Shown here: positions 61,946 to 64,000 of the stretch, piece by piece
How positions within the stretch are numbered: the stretch's first letter is position 1
Layout of the letters: each line of letters starts with the position of its first letter
Assembly (NCBI GenBank): GCA_977017575.1
Contig: CDRNVI010000020.1
Span: forward strand, 496,001 to 560,000
Direction of reading: 5' to 3'
Source: Paramoeba atlantica
Taxonomy: Eukaryota; Protista; Discosea
DNA length: 64,000 bases
Translations under genes and position numbers: made by a program
The notes under the pieces: generated by a model
What the model was told of the DNA's origin: nothing
Database searches by the model: none
Seen by the model: the letters and a program-made list of their open reading frames with translations, nothing else

Positions 61946-62880
61946 ACACAAGGTGAAAAAGTATTTTTCGGACCCCAAGGGGCCTTTTTGTGTCGAAAGA
62001 ATGGTGTGGTTGGAGTCGCATTCTCTACCCAATACGTTCGGTAGGCTCGAATTCATGCCTACGAGTGATTTCCCACACGCAAATGTCGGATTTAGTGCTC
62101 TGAGAGCAAAAATATACAAAAATCACCCCATTATTACCTAAAAATCCCTACGAGTCATTTCTCACACGCATATATCAGATCTAGTGCTCTGAGAGCAAAA
62201 ACACGCAAAAGTCACCCCATTTTTATCCAAAAATCGGCTAATTTTGGCTATCATCTTTGTGTTTTCTTCAGATTTCCAGGCCGAATTTTCTTTTTTAGGC
62301 TCTTCGTTAACCGCGGTGGTAGTTTTCAACGCGAACCGAGCAGCATGAGCGACTTCTAAGTTGAAAACAACCACCGCGTTTAACGAAGAGCCTAAAAACG
62401 AAAATTATATTGAAAAAAAGTGAACCAAAACAGTGAAAATATAAAGAGAAACACAATAATAGAAGAAAAATAATAATAGAAGAAAAAACAATAATTTTCT
62501 TTTTTAGGCTCTTCGTTAAACGCGGTGGTTGTTTTCAACTTAGAAGTCACTCATGCTGCGCGCTTCGCGTTGAAAACTACCGCCGCGTTTAATGAAGAGC
62601 CTAAAAAAGAAAATTTAGCCTGGAAAACGGAAAGATTATAGCCCAAAATATACCCGAATTTCGGGTAAAAATGGGGTGATTTTCGTGTATTTTTGCTCTC
62701 AGAGCACTAAATCCGACATTTGCGTGTGGGAAATCACTCGTAGGAATGAATGGAAGCCTACCGAACGTATTGGATAGAGAATACGACTTCAACCATACCA
62801 TTCTTTCGATACAAAAATGCCCCTTTAGGTCCGAAAAATATTTTTTCACCTTTTTTAGTCAAAAATGGGTCATTTTGAGG
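61935..62880. repeat. Head-to-head pair of foldback-plus-tail elements forming a ~0.95-kb imperfect palindrome
   Basis: 61935-62398 is the reverse complement (with an internal duplication) of 62493-62860. Confidence 0.8.
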
Positions 62881-63020
62881 GGCGCACCACGGTTCGAAGA
62901 AGTGATACCTTGCGAAAACGACTGCGGAGAAAGCTAGTGTAGGTCCCAAACTATCAAAATACAATAGGGGAAACAATTTTGGAAAAATAATTGTTTTGTC
63001 ATTTTTTTCGCCAGGTTCAA

Positions 63021-64000
63021 TTTTTTTTTTTTTTTTTTGCGATGAATAAGGGGGGAGAAACGCGGCATTGCCTCTATATTTTTACCCAATACTTGAACCC
63101 TATAGGTCCATCGGGTGGGGTATACGATTTTAAAACGAGCAATCAAATTAGCAATTTCATATTTTGGAGCCCAAAACTAGCAATTCGATCTCCCGTAAGT
63201 ATGAGAACAATAATAACAATAACAATAAAAACAAGCAATCCAGACCCAATCCATTCGCGCGTTCCGGGCCGGGTCTTTCGACCTCTCCACGGTCTGGCTT
63301 GTGGACCCTTCCCTTGTTATACGGGAGGGCGCGGGCCTGTGTCGACAGCGACACGGTCGCGAAACAGGATGCTGGCCGACGGGGAGGAGATAGACTCTGT
63401 CGACTCGACCAGCACCCGGGCCAGCGGTATGTGGCCCTGCGCATGGCGCCTTCTCCATGCCCCTAAGCGCCTTCAAGTGGGTCGTTAGGGTCACTGACAA
63501 CTATCCTGGAGACCATCATCCGAGCCCGGGAACGCATCAACGTGACATTAAGCTCTTGCAAAAGGATGTTTCGTGCCTGAGTGTCTGTCAAAAGACCGTT
63601 CGACGCGTTGGCACGCAACGCCCCCACCTTCCACAGGACCGTCAAGGCACTTCTGCTCCATGAGCCGAAGGACTCAACAACCATCGCTGTGAACAGTAAC
63701 TGAGCTGCTTCCGCTTCCTGGCGCTGTTTCCCTTTCGTTTCAGAGAAGTGTTCAGCAAAAGACCCCGCAGCCACCCAGCTAGCATTACGGACTGAGCCCA
63801 AATACTTCAATTGCTGTGCGTGGGTGACTTCGAAGTCTAGAACCATGCCACCTCCCAGTTCATAGTTGGGAAGAAAAACATCGCCTGGTCCGGTGAGACC
63901 TCCTCCAGGTCCCCGATTTCCGTGACTTTTTTCCCTTTGAGGAGCCATATTGGCCTTGCTGCAGAAGGAGGTGAACTGTTGGCAGACCGCATTGTGGCGG
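63021..64000 (-). mobile_element. 3' end of a CRE-like RLE non-LTR retrotransposon with a poly(A) tail
   Basis: ORF open from the window edge to 63463: RHNAV, PGDVFLP, LDFEVTH and VVESFGSW; ~420-bp 3' UTR; T18 on + at 63021-63038. Confidence 0.88.

Noticed and set aside
1-64000. Spliced-leader RNA gene, rRNA or telomeric repeats
   Set aside because: No matching motifs were seen by eye; a covariance-model search would be needed to exclude divergent copies.

Overview
Eukaryotic, intron-free, gene-dense DNA. All recognisable housekeeping genes between 5.9 and 55.3 kb lie head-to-tail on the + strand: PRP31, MPP6-like, mitochondrial RRF, PDI-like, AsnRS, SEC61A, IMP3, COX10, ANTH, TCTP, PNO1, DnaJA-like, SPX-EXS and TTLL. 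Five intact LRR paralogues and one decayed one are interspersed among them. This layout, pyrimidine-rich leaders and a kinetoplastid-type RRM-like domain point to a kinetoplastid-like (possibly prokinetoplastid/bodonid) polycistronic cluster; the taxon is inferred, not proven. The cluster is flanked and punctuated by dense, nested transposon islands. These hold an apparently intact two-ORF PIF/Harbinger-group element, a Tc1-like DD32E element, a broken pogo element, two CRE-like RLE retrotransposon remnants, a TSD-flanked SINE-like insert, and at least five families of TA-flanked MITEs or foldback units. Most striking observations: (1) a GC-clamped GCGAAGC mini-hairpin shared by otherwise unrelated repeat families, with its 3-nt loop flipped between homologous copies; (2) recurrent C-rich to G-rich switches at synonymous sites inside genes; (3) a 124-bp near-perfect inverted repeat made of reverse-transcriptase coding sequence; (4) a 47-nt tRNA-like minihelix lacking an anticodon arm; (5) a structured 351-bp retro-insert splitting a pogo transposase just after its first catalytic Asp. 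At least two genes show single-base homopolymer frameshifts that may be assembly errors. Coordinates and counts were read by eye and may be off by a few bases.
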